Shown here piece by piece: positions 44,742 to 54,653 of a stretch of DNA of 64,000 bases (positions are counted from its first letter, which is position 1; each line of letters starts with the position of its first letter). The stretch is taken from IMG/VR virus record IMGVR_UViG_3300015371_000006, positions 32,001-96,000 of that record; one strand, given 5' to 3'. Source of the DNA: a virus. Both the position numbers and the translations under genes were made by a program. The notes under the pieces are model-generated. The model was not told the DNA's origin, did no database searches, and was given only the letters and a program-made list of their open reading frames with translations.

Positions 44742-45014
44742 TCACTCGGGCTTCGGCTTGGCCTTCTGCCCCTTGCGGTCGCGCCCCTTGAGCCCGTAGG
44801 TGCCGGGCATGGTGCGGACGAAGGTATCCCCCTTCGTCGCTGCGACGCTGAGCTGGGCCTGCATGGTCGCCTTCGGGGTCTTGCCCTTGGACTTGACCAG
44901 CCCGCGCTCCAGCGCGACCTCGGTGATGTCGTCGGCCTTCATCGGGCCTTCGGCCTCTTCGAGAATTCGCGCCGCTGCCTGCTTCATCGGCAGGGTTTCC
45001 GTTGCTGTCGCCAT
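44742..45014 (-). CDS. HARE-HTH winged-helix protein
   Basis: AAARILEEAEGPM..DDI...ALERGLV.SKGKTP.ATM.AQL...FVR..PG.YGL. Confidence 0.8.
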   Translation of the reverse strand: MATATETLPMKQAAARILEEAEGPMKADDITEVALERGLVKSKGKTPKATMQAQLSVAATKGDTFVRTMPGTYGLKGRDRKGQKAKPKPE

Positions 45015-45238
45015 CGGAGTCCTCCTTTCGGTGGCGGACCGGACAAGCTACCGACAATCGCTCCTCAACGGGCTTTTTCGGCCCAGTGCGGGCAGGATTC
45101 TTCGTGCCCGATGGTGATCGTCTTGCCGACGTGGACGACCGGGCGGCAGGTGCAGCCGGTGGCCGCGAGCGTGACTCGGATCAGCGCATCCCACGTTCCG
45201 CCCCGGCACAGGTAGAGCTGGGGCGTGGCGGGCACGGC

Positions 45239-45571
45239 CTACACCAGCTCGGCCTTGACTGCCTGTCGCCGCTCGTCGGTGCCCTGGTAGTTGCCGGTCG
45301 CCTCGGCGCGCACGATGTAGGTGCCGGGGTCGGCCAGGTCGACGTCGATGTAGTAGCGCCCGGCTGCCACCCGGACCACCTCGACGTCGTCGTCGTAGAC
45401 GTAGGCGCTCTGCGTGAAGTCGGGGTTGCGGACGCGGATCGTCAGCACGGTCGGGTCCACGTAGGCCAGCGTGCCGGGATCTCGGACCGTCACGCTGTGG
45501 CGGACGCCGTCGCCCTCGGGCAGCGGCCCCACGGGCTTGTCGACGGTGATCTCGACTAGCCCTGCCGCCAT
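45239..45571 (-). CDS. Ig-like putative structural protein
   Basis: DP...IRVRNPD...GRYYIDV....PGTYIVR pattern; downstream of portal. Confidence 0.55.
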   Translation of the reverse strand: MAAGLVEITVDKPVGPLPEGDGVRHSVTVRDPGTLAYVDPTVLTIRVRNPDFTQSAYVYDDDVEVVRVAAGRYYIDVDLADPGTYIVRAEATGNYQGTDERRQAVKAELV

Positions 45572-45722
45572 CGCAGCACCTTCGGCCGGGAGGTTGACGT
45601 GCTGGCCGCCGGTTGCCGCCGCGCCGCCAGCCTCTGGCGCATGACGAGGATGAACGCCTTCTTCGCCGGGCTCTTGGGCAGCGGCTCGTCGGCTTCCCAG
45701 GACGTCCGCGACGTGTAGGTGC

Positions 45723-47729
45723 TCATTGGCCCAGCTCCCTGATCGGCTTCGTGATGTCGTCGAAGTCGTCGGCGGCCCGTTTCGCCTGCTCGCGCACACG
45801 GCGCTGGGCCTCCTCGGTGCGCAGGCGGTCGACCATCTGCTCCTCCAGGTCCGACAGGGCCTGCTCGCGCGTGACGTAGCGGCTCTCGGTTGGCCCGTAG
45901 GGGTTGGCCTCCGGCGTCGAGGCCGCCATCGGCGCGCCGTAGGGGTTGGCCTCGCCCTGCGGGGCCCCGCCGTTGCCGTTGATGGTGATCCCTGGCGGGA
46001 GCTGCTCCTGGGGCTGTTGCTGTTGCTGCAGCGCTTCCATCGCCGGGTCGGTGTAGCCGGGCGGGAACACCTTCTCGGTGACCTCGGCCGGGTCGCTCAT
46101 CTCCAGGCCCTCGCCGATGGCGATGCTGAACAGCGTCCGGGTCAGCTCGATGTTGGTCCCGTTCGGGTCGAAGGTGCGCGCCACGGTGGCGACGCTGTTC
46201 ACCAGCTCGGTCATCATCCGCCGCAGCGGGCTCGGCAGGGAGAAGTCGTAGCTGAGATCGCGCTTGCGCTCGTCCTCGGGCACCTCCTCGGGGATCTCGC
46301 CGTCCTCGTCGGTCGGGTCGGGCGCGCCCAGCTCGGCCTGGGTGTCGGCCTTCGGCGGCGTCGGCACGGCGGGGGCGTCCTCGGTGCCCTCCTGCTCGCG
46401 GTCCTCCTGGCGCTCTGCCCACTCCTCGTAGCTCAGCTCCTCGGTCAGCCGCCCGGCCTCCAGGGCCTCGTGGATCACCTGGTCGCAGAACCAGCGGAAC
46501 ATCTGCTCGAAGACCTCTTGGCGCGATTCGACCGCCTTCAGCACGGGCAGCTCCATCGAGGTGGCCGTCGCCAGGTTCGCCGAGCCGATGTCGCCGAGGT
46601 AGTGCTGGGGGAAGTGCGTCGCGGCGCTGATCTGCGAGCGGATCATCTGCCCGTCCACGTTCGCGCCGGTCGCCCCGCTGTCCAGCTTGAAGCTCTCGTG
46701 CTCGACCTGCTCGTTCTCGGTGATGATCGAGCCGCCGCTCGGCCCAGCGACCACGGAGGTGTCGGAGTCCACGGTCCGCCCCAGCTCGCCTCGGGTGCTC
46801 AGCGCCTGGTTGGCCATCTTGCGGATCTGGTTCGGCGTGCCCTTGACCTTGCGCTTCATGATGAACGCGGCGGCTGCCTTCGCGGCATCCACGCGGGCCT
46901 CCATCAGCGAGTTGAAGGCGTTGGCCCAGCGCAGCACCCGGTGCATGGTCGGGTGCCCGAAGGCCATCTCGGAGGTCTTGTTGACGGCGACGTGGTAGAC
47001 GCGGCCCTTGCCGGTCTTGTTCGCCGGGGGCTTGAGCCCGCCCTTCTCGTTGTTCCAGTGCTGGTAGTAGAGGATGCGCTGGCCGCGCTCGGGCGCGTCG
47101 TAGAGCAGCTGGGGGCCGTCCTTTTGGAAGTCCCACTTCATCTGCTTGCGGCGGCTGACGTAGTAGAGGACGCGCAGGCGGTTGTCGGGATCGCGGACGA
47201 CGTTCTCGACGCTGTCGTGCTCCAGCATCCCGAGCTTGACCTTGCCGTCGTCGCCCGTGAACTTCAGCAGGAAGATGTTGCTCTGCAGGGTGATGTCGGT
47301 CCCGAGCGCGAGCTGCGCCGGGTAGCTGGTCAGCGCCAGCTGGTTGTCCTCGTCGTCCCAGGCTTCGTCGAGGATCTCCTGCACCTTCTCGTCGCGGGCC
47401 TTCGGACGCGGGACGCCCCGGCCCAGGCAGAAGTCGTTCATCAGGTCGGTGGCCGCGCCGAGCTGCGCGTCCTGTTGCCAGGCTACCCGCGCTTGCTGCA
47501 CCAGCGCCCGGCGCTTGACCGCCTGCAGATCCTGCTCGGAGCCGCCCTCGTAGTCCAGCAGGGTCCAGCCGATCAGGTCGAGCTGTTGGCGCAGCACTCG
47601 CCGGTCCTCGACCATCGCCTCCATGACGTCGAGTTCGTCGGCGTCGACGGTCGTCTCGCCCCGGTTGCTCAGGCGCGTGCGCGCCCAGCGGTCGAGGAAG
47701 CCCTCGCGCTTCTCGTCGTCCTCAGCCAC
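45723..47729 (-). CDS. phage portal protein
   Basis: FCLGRGV..PK...VQEILDEAWDD..N...FPQHYLGD...ANLATATSMELP...RQ; same strand as, and downstream of, terminase. Confidence 0.8.
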   Translation of the reverse strand: MAEDDEKREGFLDRWARTRLSNRGETTVDADELDVMEAMVEDRRVLRQQLDLIGWTLLDYEGGSEQDLQAVKRRALVQQARVAWQQDAQLGAATDLMNDFCLGRGVPRPKARDEKVQEILDEAWDDEDNQLALTSYPAQLALGTDITLQSNIFLLKFTGDDGKVKLGMLEHDSVENVVRDPDNRLRVLYYVSRRKQMKWDFQKDGPQLLYDAPERGQRILYYQHWNNEKGGLKPPANKTGKGRVYHVAVNKTSEMAFGHPTMHRVLRWANAFNSLMEARVDAAKAAAAFIMKRKVKGTPNQIRKMANQALSTRGELGRTVDSDTSVVAGPSGGSIITENEQVEHESFKLDSGATGANVDGQMIRSQISAATHFPQHYLGDIGSANLATATSMELPVLKAVESRQEVFEQMFRWFCDQVIHEALEAGRLTEELSYEEWAERQEDREQEGTEDAPAVPTPPKADTQAELGAPDPTDEDGEIPEEVPEDERKRDLSYDFSLPSPLRRMMTELVNSVATVARTFDPNGTNIELTRTLFSIAIGEGLEMSDPAEVTEKVFPPGYTDPAMEALQQQQQPQEQLPPGITINGNGGAPQGEANPYGAPMAASTPEANPYGPTESRYVTREQALSDLEEQMVDRLRTEEAQRRVREQAKRAADDFDDITKPIRELGQ

Positions 47730-48114
47730 TCTTCGCCTTCGCCTTCGACTTGGACTTGGACTTCGGCTCGGGCTCCTCGTCGCCGTCACCGTTCGTGCCC
47801 TGCTCGCCCTTGCGCGCTGCATCGCGCAGGATCGCGGCCGCCTCGCGGTAGGCCATCTGCGCCTTGTTGGAGTTCGGCATCCCCGACGTGCGGGCCAGCG
47901 CTTGGTCGAGCATGTCGGCCGAGGTCTCCAGCAGCACTGAGCGGCCGTTCGTGGCGGCGTGCTCGTCCTCTGCCTCGGCTCTGCCCTCTTCGCGGCCCCG
48001 CTCGTAGTTGCGCTTCAGTAGGTCGCGGACCTCCTTGGCGGTGTCGCGCGTGTCGCCCCCCTTGATCGCAATCCGGCGGGCATCAGCCGCCAGCCGTCGT
48101 CGGTTGTCAGCCAT
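47722..48114 (-). CDS. hypothetical protein
   Basis: Overlaps the portal start. Confidence 0.6.
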   Translation of the reverse strand: MADNRRRLAADARRIAIKGGDTRDTAKEVRDLLKRNYERGREEGRAEAEDEHAATNGRSVLLETSADMLDQALARTSGMPNSNKAQMAYREAAAILRDAARKGEQGTNGDGDEEPEPKSKSKSKAKAKSG

Positions 48115-48313
48115 TGCTGCCGTTGTCCTTTCTGACGAGTCGATAGCGCAGGGCTTCGTCGCGGTGCAGCAGCCGGGTGGTCATCAACGAGGCATCCTCA
48201 ACCAGCCACGCCGGGTGTCCATCCTCGCTCTCGACTTCCTTGATCACGAACAGCAGCCGTTCCTCGTCGGTTAGGTAGTCGCCCTCCTGTGGTGCTCGGA
48301 CGGCGACTGCCAT
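48107..48313 (-). CDS. hypothetical protein
   Basis: Coupled ORF. Confidence 0.55.
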   Translation of the reverse strand: MAVAVRAPQEGDYLTDEERLLFVIKEVESEDGHPAWLVEDASLMTTRLLHRDEALRYRLVRKDNGSNG

Positions 48314-48663
48314 GTCTGCCCCTCAGCTGGGCCTCGGGTCTCGCGGCGCTGCGGCGGCCAGTTCCGCCTCCAGCTCCTTCGCCTTGCGCTTCCAGGTTTC
48401 TCTCTTGTTCCGTCGCCAGATCGGGCAGTGCTCGTACCCGGTCCGGTCTGACTGCGGCCCCGCGCAGAAGGTGGTCAGCGAACCACTGTTCTCGTCGCGG
48501 GTGATCGTCTCCATCGACAGGCGGCAGTAGCACGCTGGGCCACGCAGGGTTTCCTCGACGGCGGCTCCGGCGGGGCAGCGAATGGCATCTGCGGCTGGGG
48601 CGATGGCGCTCACTGCCCGGTAAGTGTAAGCGCACGCGGCGGATGACCGGGCACTTCTATCGA

Positions 48664-48736
48664 TAGCGGGGGTGGGACTCGAACCCACGGCCTCCGGGTT
48701 ATGAGCCCAGCGATCTACCAGCTGATCTACCCCGCA
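48664..48736 (-). tRNA. tRNA-Met(CAT), initiator (fMet) type
   Basis: TGCGGGGTAGATCAGCTGGTAGATCGCTGGGCTCATAACCCGGAGGCCGTGGGTTCGAGTCCCACCCCCGCTA: cloverleaf, 1:72 mismatch, GGG/CCC anticodon stem; no encoded CCA. Confidence 0.9.
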
Positions 48737-48744
48737 GCGCGGGC

Positions 48745-49050
48745 CTAGCGTATCGCGCGCTCGGGGAACGGCGGATCGTGGCGGGTGACGCGGAAGACCT
48801 CGCGGTGGCCCCGGTGCAGCGTGTCGGTCAGGAACGGCTGCGTGGCGATCTCCCACTTCGCGCCCCGGTGCAGCGTCTTCATCCCGGTGCGCTCCAGCCA
48901 CATCTCCAGAATCTCGACCAGCGGCCAGTCGGGCACGTTGGTCTGCCGGGCCACCAGGTCGCTGCGCGCCACGTCGAAGCGCTCGCTCATCTCGCCGTAG
49001 CGCCCGGTGTAGACGACCTCAACCGGGACGATGTCCCTTTCGAGCGTCAC
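48745..49050 (-). CDS. hypothetical protein
   Basis: ORF with typical codon usage. Confidence 0.55.
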   Translation of the reverse strand: MTLERDIVPVEVVYTGRYGEMSERFDVARSDLVARQTNVPDWPLVEILEMWLERTGMKTLHRGAKWEIATQPFLTDTLHRGHREVFRVTRHDPPFPERAIR

Positions 49051-49245
49051 CTACCGGCGATCCCTGTCGTGCCACCAGCGGGGCGGGAAGCTCAGGAGCA
49101 AGCCCAGCAGCTTGCGGATCAAAGTGTCGGCCTCTCCCGTCCGCCTACCGACTCGCCGGTTTCGACTACCGGCCCCTCTTCAGCGGGGCTGTTGCGCATC
49201 GTTGAGAGGCTTCCCCGTTGCGCCCTGCACGGTACCAAGAGCCGC

Positions 49246-49482
49246 TCACGCATACCAGCGGGCGAAGTCGAGGTGGCGGACCACCAGCGCGGCTCCCGCG
49301 AGCGCGCGCGCGTCCTCGGCCGTCAGGGCGTCGTCGCGCCAGATCGCCTCCAGCACGTCGCGGTACAGCTCGTCCTCGGCCTTGTGCCAGTCGCTCTCGT
49401 CGCCGCGCTCCTCTTGGATCGCGATGCGGATCGAGTTCGCCCGCTGTTGGACGACGCTTTCGGTGAGCCTCTCCTCGGTCAT
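49246..49482 (-). CDS. conserved phage hypothetical protein
   Basis: D.E..H.AEDELY.DVL.AI...F.RWYA pattern. Confidence 0.6.
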   Translation of the reverse strand: MTEERLTESVVQQRANSIRIAIQEERGDESDWHKAEDELYRDVLEAIWRDDALTAEDARALAGAALVVRHLDFARWYA

Positions 49483-49796
49483 CAGTCGGGACAGCCGGGG
49501 CCGGAGGTCGGGTCTGCTCCCAGGTCGAGGCGCTCGGCGTGCGCAGTCAGCAACCCGACGATCTGCTTGAGGACCGCATCGCCGTGCTCGGCGTGGACGC
49601 CCACCATCACGATGTCGATGGCCGGAAGGTCATCCGGGTTGTGGCCCTGGGTCTCGGCCTGGTCGCGCGCGTTGCCGACCAGGCGGGCCAGCGCGTCGAT
49701 GACCATGTTCCCGTTGCCTGGCGAGAGGTGCTCGATACCGACCACGCGCAGGTCGTCCTGCGCCCACTGGCCGATTACCTCCGTCCTCTCGCTCAC
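49482..49796 (-). CDS. hypothetical protein
   Basis: GTGA overlap. Confidence 0.55.
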   Translation of the reverse strand: MSERTEVIGQWAQDDLRVVGIEHLSPGNGNMVIDALARLVGNARDQAETQGHNPDDLPAIDIVMVGVHAEHGDAVLKQIVGLLTAHAERLDLGADPTSGPGCPD

Positions 49797-49993
49797 GTCG
49801 CCCGTGTGAGGTCGATCTTGCCGTCGGCGACCAGCTGCAGCACGGTCCGCGCGATCTCGGCCAGTCCTCGGTCGGCGTTGGACTTGCTGTCGTAGACCTC
49901 GGTGCCCAGCTGCTTCTCGCCGTTGCCGCCGAACACCTGCGCCTTGACGCGGCCCTCCTCCAGCTCGTCGTACTCGATCCTCGGTGCTCCCAT
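49793..49993 (-). CDS. DUF1508/YegP-like protein
   Basis: GGNGEKQLGTEVYDSKSNADRG. Confidence 0.6.
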   Translation of the reverse strand: MGAPRIEYDELEEGRVKAQVFGGNGEKQLGTEVYDSKSNADRGLAEIARTVLQLVADGKIDLTRAT

Positions 49994-50193
49994 GTCGGGG
50001 CTCCTTTCGGTCGGGGTCGCTCAGAACGCTAGCCCACATCGGGGACAGTAGGAGTTGCGCGTCCGCCCTCCGCACTCCGAGCACTCGCCTCGCAGTTCGA
50101 CCGGGGCCGTCAGCTTCGGCGGCGGGGGCGGCTCCACCTTGTCCGGGGTCCAGGGTCGGTTGCGGTAGCGGCGTCGACGACGACGCCGCCCGA

Positions 50194-51918
50194 TCACTGG
50201 TCGAATCCGGGCTCGTAGACGTCCACCTTGCTCTCCAGCTGCACGGTGCCCCGGTCCAGCTCCGTGCGTTCGAAGTCGTACATCTCTTCGAAGCTCATCG
50301 TCTCGCCCTGCTCCAGCTCGTTGACGCCGGTCTGCCAGAGGAAGACCTCTTTGGCGAGCATGTCGTAGACCTCGGCCATCGCGTGGTCGAACGGCTGCCC
50401 GCCGTTGACGTACTCGACCTTCATCTGGCCCTTCTCGTTCTCCTCCTGCACGCGCGTGAGCGCCTGTAGCTGCTCGACGTAGTCGGTCGGCCGGGTCTCC
50501 GGGCTCGGCAGCAGGTTGCGTTGCTGGCGGATCGCGTCGAAGGTCGCGTCGATGGCGGGGGTCCGCTGCACGCTCACGGCCCGCATCTCCGGCTCGACCT
50601 TCATCACCTCGTTGTGCGTCCCGAAGCGGGCGAGGTAGATGCGGCCGGGGAAGCGCTCGGCCAGCTGGCGGGCCAGGCGGCCTTCGGGCAGGTGGTCGAT
50701 GCAGAGGATGTTCACGGAGTAGCGGTCCATCAGCTCGCCGACCTGGCCGAAGCTCTCGACCTCGCCGACGAACAGCGGCGTCTTGTACGGGTCGCCGCCG
50801 CCCTTGCGCTTGGGCTCGTGGTGCAGGCTGATCCGCACGTTCAGGTTGCGCGTCGTGGCGACGTCGACGCCTCCGGTGACCAGCGAGCCGCCGCTGTAGG
50901 GGTCGGCGATAGCGGGGAGGTCGCGGGTGGCCGCTTCGATTGCAGCATCGGTCAGGCGGCCCTCTGCCGGTGCCCACGCCTCGGCGAGATCCTTGTTGAA
51001 GTGGACCTGGCGCTCGTAGGCGTTCGTCTTGTAGTGCGCCGCGACGATGGTCGGGATGTCGGCGTGCGCCACGATCAGGCGGGGCATGTGGTACCCGCGC
51101 ACCAGCCGGTCGGGGTGCTTTGCCACCCACTCGCCGCCCAGCACATCGAGGGGCTTCCGGCACTTCGTGCAGACCAGGTGGGCGTCGGGCCACTCGTCGT
51201 TGACCGGCGTGCCCTCCTCGATGTTCGCGTAGCTCGGCGTTTGCTGCTCGCCGCAGCGCTCGCACTTGACCATCCAGAAGCGCTGGTCGGTGCGGTTGAA
51301 GGCGCGGTCGATCCCGTAGCCGGGGATGGAGGGGACGCCGACCCGTCGGGTCTTGCCGTCCAGCGACCCGGAGATCCGGCGCTCGGCGTCAGGGATGTTC
51401 TCCTGGCGCAGCGTGTCGTACTCATCCAGCGCGAGGATGTCGGCCGGGACCGCATCGAGGTCGTGCTTTGACTCGCTCCCGCGCGCGTAGAGGTGGCCGC
51501 GCCCGATCTTCTTCAGGCCCTTGTTGTTCACGTCGCCGACGGGGATGCGCTTGCTCAGGTACGGGCTCGCCAGGATCGCCGCCTTCACCCGCGCGTCGGA
51601 GAAGTCGTACATCTGCTGGCGCTTCGGGAACACGTAGAGGCTGTCGGTCGCGCGCACGTCGCAGTGCCACATGACCCAGCGCAGCAGGTAGGTGCTGACG
51701 CCGACCTGGGTGGCCTTCTTGACCACGGCCTCCTTCGCCATCGCTCCCGGCGTGTCGTACAGCTCGCGTTGGAACGGGTAGCGGTTGAAGTCCAGCTTGC
51801 CGGTCTTCGGCTCGGGCACCAGCAGGGACCATTCGAAGAAGCTGATGATCATCCCCGCGCGGTGCTCGCGACGTCGGTTGACGCTCTCCATGAACGCGCT
51901 GCCGGGGGTTGCCGTCAC
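50194..51918 (-). CDS. terL: terminase large subunit (lambda GpA-type)
   Basis: YPFQRE; KKATQVGVST (GpA Walker A variant); ILALDEYD (Walker B); CERCG/CTKC Zn motif; GGVDV nuclease; DHAMA. Confidence 0.9.
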   Translation of the reverse strand: MTATPGSAFMESVNRRREHRAGMIISFFEWSLLVPEPKTGKLDFNRYPFQRELYDTPGAMAKEAVVKKATQVGVSTYLLRWVMWHCDVRATDSLYVFPKRQQMYDFSDARVKAAILASPYLSKRIPVGDVNNKGLKKIGRGHLYARGSESKHDLDAVPADILALDEYDTLRQENIPDAERRISGSLDGKTRRVGVPSIPGYGIDRAFNRTDQRFWMVKCERCGEQQTPSYANIEEGTPVNDEWPDAHLVCTKCRKPLDVLGGEWVAKHPDRLVRGYHMPRLIVAHADIPTIVAAHYKTNAYERQVHFNKDLAEAWAPAEGRLTDAAIEAATRDLPAIADPYSGGSLVTGGVDVATTRNLNVRISLHHEPKRKGGGDPYKTPLFVGEVESFGQVGELMDRYSVNILCIDHLPEGRLARQLAERFPGRIYLARFGTHNEVMKVEPEMRAVSVQRTPAIDATFDAIRQQRNLLPSPETRPTDYVEQLQALTRVQEENEKGQMKVEYVNGGQPFDHAMAEVYDMLAKEVFLWQTGVNELEQGETMSFEEMYDFERTELDRGTVQLESKVDVYEPGFDQ

Positions 51919-52082
51919 GCCTCCATCCTAATTGCCGAGGTCGGCTACCCGGCCAGCAGCCAGATGATCCAGGCCCAGGCCGTGAGGTACAGCGCGCAGG
52001 CCGCCCAGCCGTCGCGCGCGTAGTTGTCGGAGGTCAGCTTCACGCCCCACCCATCGGCAGGCGCGGCCGGAGATTGAGGGCT

Positions 52083-52919
52083 TCAGGTCAGCTTTCGTAC
52101 AACCGTCCGCCAGGCGTCGAGCGCCGCCGGGGAGCTGTCCACGCGCCAGTCGCGTTCCTGCGGGCGGTCGTACCAGACGGCCGCCTTGATCCGGGGCAGG
52201 TGGTTGGGGATCGCGCGCAGGAAGCCGCCTCTGATCCAGGTGTTCTTGTCGCCGCCCGCCTCCACCGAGGCCACCTCGCCCAGCATGATCGGTCGCTGGC
52301 TCAGGCCCTGCAGCGTCCGGTAGCTCGGCTCGAAGACTTCGCGCAGCGTCTGCCACTTCCCCGGCCCCCCGCCCGGCCCCCAGTTGTAGCCGTCGAGCGC
52401 CATCCAGTGGACGAAGTTCGCGCCGGGCCAGTACGGGCGGATCGGGTAGTTGCCGTAGTCCACGTTCGGGCACCAGACGGTGCGCACGTTGGGCGCTGCT
52501 CGCAGCCGCCCCGCGACCCGCCGGAACGCGGCGACGTACTCGCCGGGCTGTTTGCCCCAGCCGTACCAGTCGCCGTTCATCTCATGGGCGAAGCGGATCA
52601 GGATCTTGAACGGCTGCTCCAGCGCCAGCGCGCAGGCCGCGTCGATGTAGCTGTCGTAGACGCCCCTGGCGACGTCGGCCAGCGGGATCGTCGGCCCTTC
52701 CCAGCCCGAGCGGTAGAGCTGCCAGGTGATCATCGGGGTCGTCGCGTGCGCTTTGACGTTGGCGATCTCCGCGTCGGTCAGCAGCGGGTCGGTGATGTTG
52801 CGGTAGTCGTGCAGGATCGCCGGGTGGTGGCCGGTGCGCCCGATGTAGGCGTCGAGCGTCGCTGCGCTCTCCAGCCCCGATGACTCCCCCTGCCGCGCGG
52901 TGTAGACGCCGAGTTGCAC
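52083..52919 (-). CDS. glycoside hydrolase family 26
   Basis: IRFAHEMNGDWYGWG; YWPG..VHWMALDGYNWG; PIMLGEVA. Confidence 0.85.
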   Translation of the reverse strand: MQLGVYTARQGESSGLESAATLDAYIGRTGHHPAILHDYRNITDPLLTDAEIANVKAHATTPMITWQLYRSGWEGPTIPLADVARGVYDSYIDAACALALEQPFKILIRFAHEMNGDWYGWGKQPGEYVAAFRRVAGRLRAAPNVRTVWCPNVDYGNYPIRPYWPGANFVHWMALDGYNWGPGGGPGKWQTLREVFEPSYRTLQGLSQRPIMLGEVASVEAGGDKNTWIRGGFLRAIPNHLPRIKAAVWYDRPQERDWRVDSSPAALDAWRTVVRKLT

Positions 52920-53155
52920 AGGCCCAGCCTACGCCCCAAGCAGGAGGGCCCGGCGATCTACCGGGCCCATCGGTCCTGCCGCCCCGTCGCTTCCCGCCAG
53001 CTTTCGCGGTTCCGCTCTGACGGCTACGGCCATCTGTCCACACCGTGGGGCGTCGCGTTTGCGGCTGCCGGGCTTCACCACGCGCAGGCGGTACTTGGCC
53101 CGGCGGTCCGGCCTAGTGCACCTCGGTCGGCTCGGCCGCGCTATCGACTGTAGCA

Positions 53156-53701
53156 CTATGGCAGCTCGGATGTGAGCGGCCAGCTGTTTTCGTGGCAGCC
53201 CTGCAGCCCGTAGGTCTGTTGCTGCATCACCGGGGCGGGGTTGCCCGCGCCCGTGCAGAAGCGATGGCCCTGTCCTATCCGGTGGCCGAATTCGTGGCAG
53301 ATGACCATCTGGCGGTAGGTCTTCACGCTGCCCTTCCAGTGCGGGACGGCGTCCATCCAGCGGTCGTGGTTGAAGACGACGCGCTGGCCGATGCTGCAGC
53401 TCACCTGGCCGTCGGTCTGCAGCGGTGCGCACAGCCGGTCGACCGTGTGCGGCTTCGCCAGGTAGACGTAGGTGCTCGCGTTTCGCTCGACCCGTTGGAA
53501 GCGCACGCCGCCGCCTCGGGTCCAGCCTCGCGGGTCGGCCAGCGTCCGGTCGATCATCGCGGCGACCTTGTCGCGCTGCAGACCCAGCCCTTGCTGCACG
53601 AACACCGTGTAGGTGAACAGCGGGCCGCCTCGCCCGCACACCTCGGTGGCACCCATGCAGCGGTTGAAGGTCGCACCCTCGACCTCGATGGTCTCGCTCA
53701 C
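53156..53701 (-). CDS. DUF3152 zinc metalloprotease
   Basis: TLADPRGW...TVDRLCAPL...YRQMVICHEFGH.IG.GH..C...APVMQQQT. Confidence 0.85.
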   Translation of the reverse strand: MSETIEVEGATFNRCMGATEVCGRGGPLFTYTVFVQQGLGLQRDKVAAMIDRTLADPRGWTRGGGVRFQRVERNASTYVYLAKPHTVDRLCAPLQTDGQVSCSIGQRVVFNHDRWMDAVPHWKGSVKTYRQMVICHEFGHRIGQGHRFCTGAGNPAPVMQQQTYGLQGCHENSWPLTSELP

Positions 53702-54132
53702 GCCGGGGAGGCTATCCGCTCTGGCGGCCAGGGCCAGGTATCGCCCTTTGCGTTGTTGCACGGGCTGCACATCGTCTGCAGGTTGCGGTCGTCGTTGGTC
53801 CCGCCCTTGGAGCGGGGCTTGATGTGGTCGATGGTCAGCGCCTTGCCGGTCGGGTCGTTGAGCCCGCAGCCCATGCAGGTGTAGCTGTCGCGCAGGTAGA
53901 TGCGCGCGCGGCGGCCCAGCGTGATCCGCTTCGACTTGCCGCCGTTGTTGTAGCCGTTGGGCGGGGCACCCTCGCGGGTCTTGACCTGCTTCCAGCCGGG
54001 CCGGTAGCCCTTGCGGTGGCGGCAGATTTCGCAGTCCACCGGGCAGAGTCGCTGAAACCACACGGTGCCGCAGGCCCAGCAGCGCCAGCCCGTCCGCCAG
54101 GCGCGCGTCAGCCCTCCGGCGTCCGTGCTCAC
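53698..54132 (-). CDS. HNH endonuclease
   Basis: RDSYTCMGCG...TIDHIKPRSKGG...NLQTMCSPCNNAKG. Confidence 0.85.
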   Translation of the reverse strand: MSTDAGGLTRAWRTGWRCWACGTVWFQRLCPVDCEICRHRKGYRPGWKQVKTREGAPPNGYNNGGKSKRITLGRRARIYLRDSYTCMGCGLNDPTGKALTIDHIKPRSKGGTNDDRNLQTMCSPCNNAKGDTWPWPPERIASPA

Positions 54133-54383
54133 CGGAGGGCCTCCGCGTCGGCGTCGAGCTTCGCCGTGCGCCGGGCCGCCTTGTCCAGGTCGCGGTCCAG
54201 CTCGCGCATGTATCCGTCCTCGTCCTCGGTGCCCTTCGTGTGGATCAGGCACTTCGGGCCGGGGTTGTAGCCGTTCAGCAGGGTGATGCAGCCCTCCTGG
54301 GCGCACGGGCGGTCGGCCCCGCCGTAGGGGCTGTACTGGCGGATCGCCAGCGGGTGCAGCTTGCTCCGGCTGATGCTCGGCAT
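54129..54383 (-). CDS. small Cys/His protein
   Basis: RPCAQEGCITLLNGYN...CLIH. Confidence 0.55.
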   Translation of the reverse strand: MPSISRSKLHPLAIRQYSPYGGADRPCAQEGCITLLNGYNPGPKCLIHTKGTEDEDGYMRELDRDLDKAARRTAKLDADAEALR

Positions 54384-54440
54384 AACCCGAGCCGCCGTGT
54401 TGCGAGGGCTGGGGTTAGGTCGAGCGGCGGGTGCGCACTC

Positions 54441-54509
54441 CGGCAACCTGGATCACGTTCGTTGGGCGACCCGCTACGGCAACCTGGATCACGTTCGTTG
54501 GGCGACCCG
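54441..54509. repeat. perfect 33-bp tandem direct repeat (period 36)
   Basis: cggcaacctggatcacgttcgttgggcgacccg at 54441-54473 and 54477-54509. Confidence 0.9.
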
Positions 54510-54653
54510 AGTTCGGATCGGGCTTCGGACTCAGGCAGGCGATCAGGTCGCGCGGCATCTGCGCTTCGGTCCTGACGGGAAAGCCATGCCATGTCCGGTA
54601 GCCCATGCGTGGCAGGGTGCCAGCTGGTCCGGCGGAAGTCAACGGTTCGCGCG

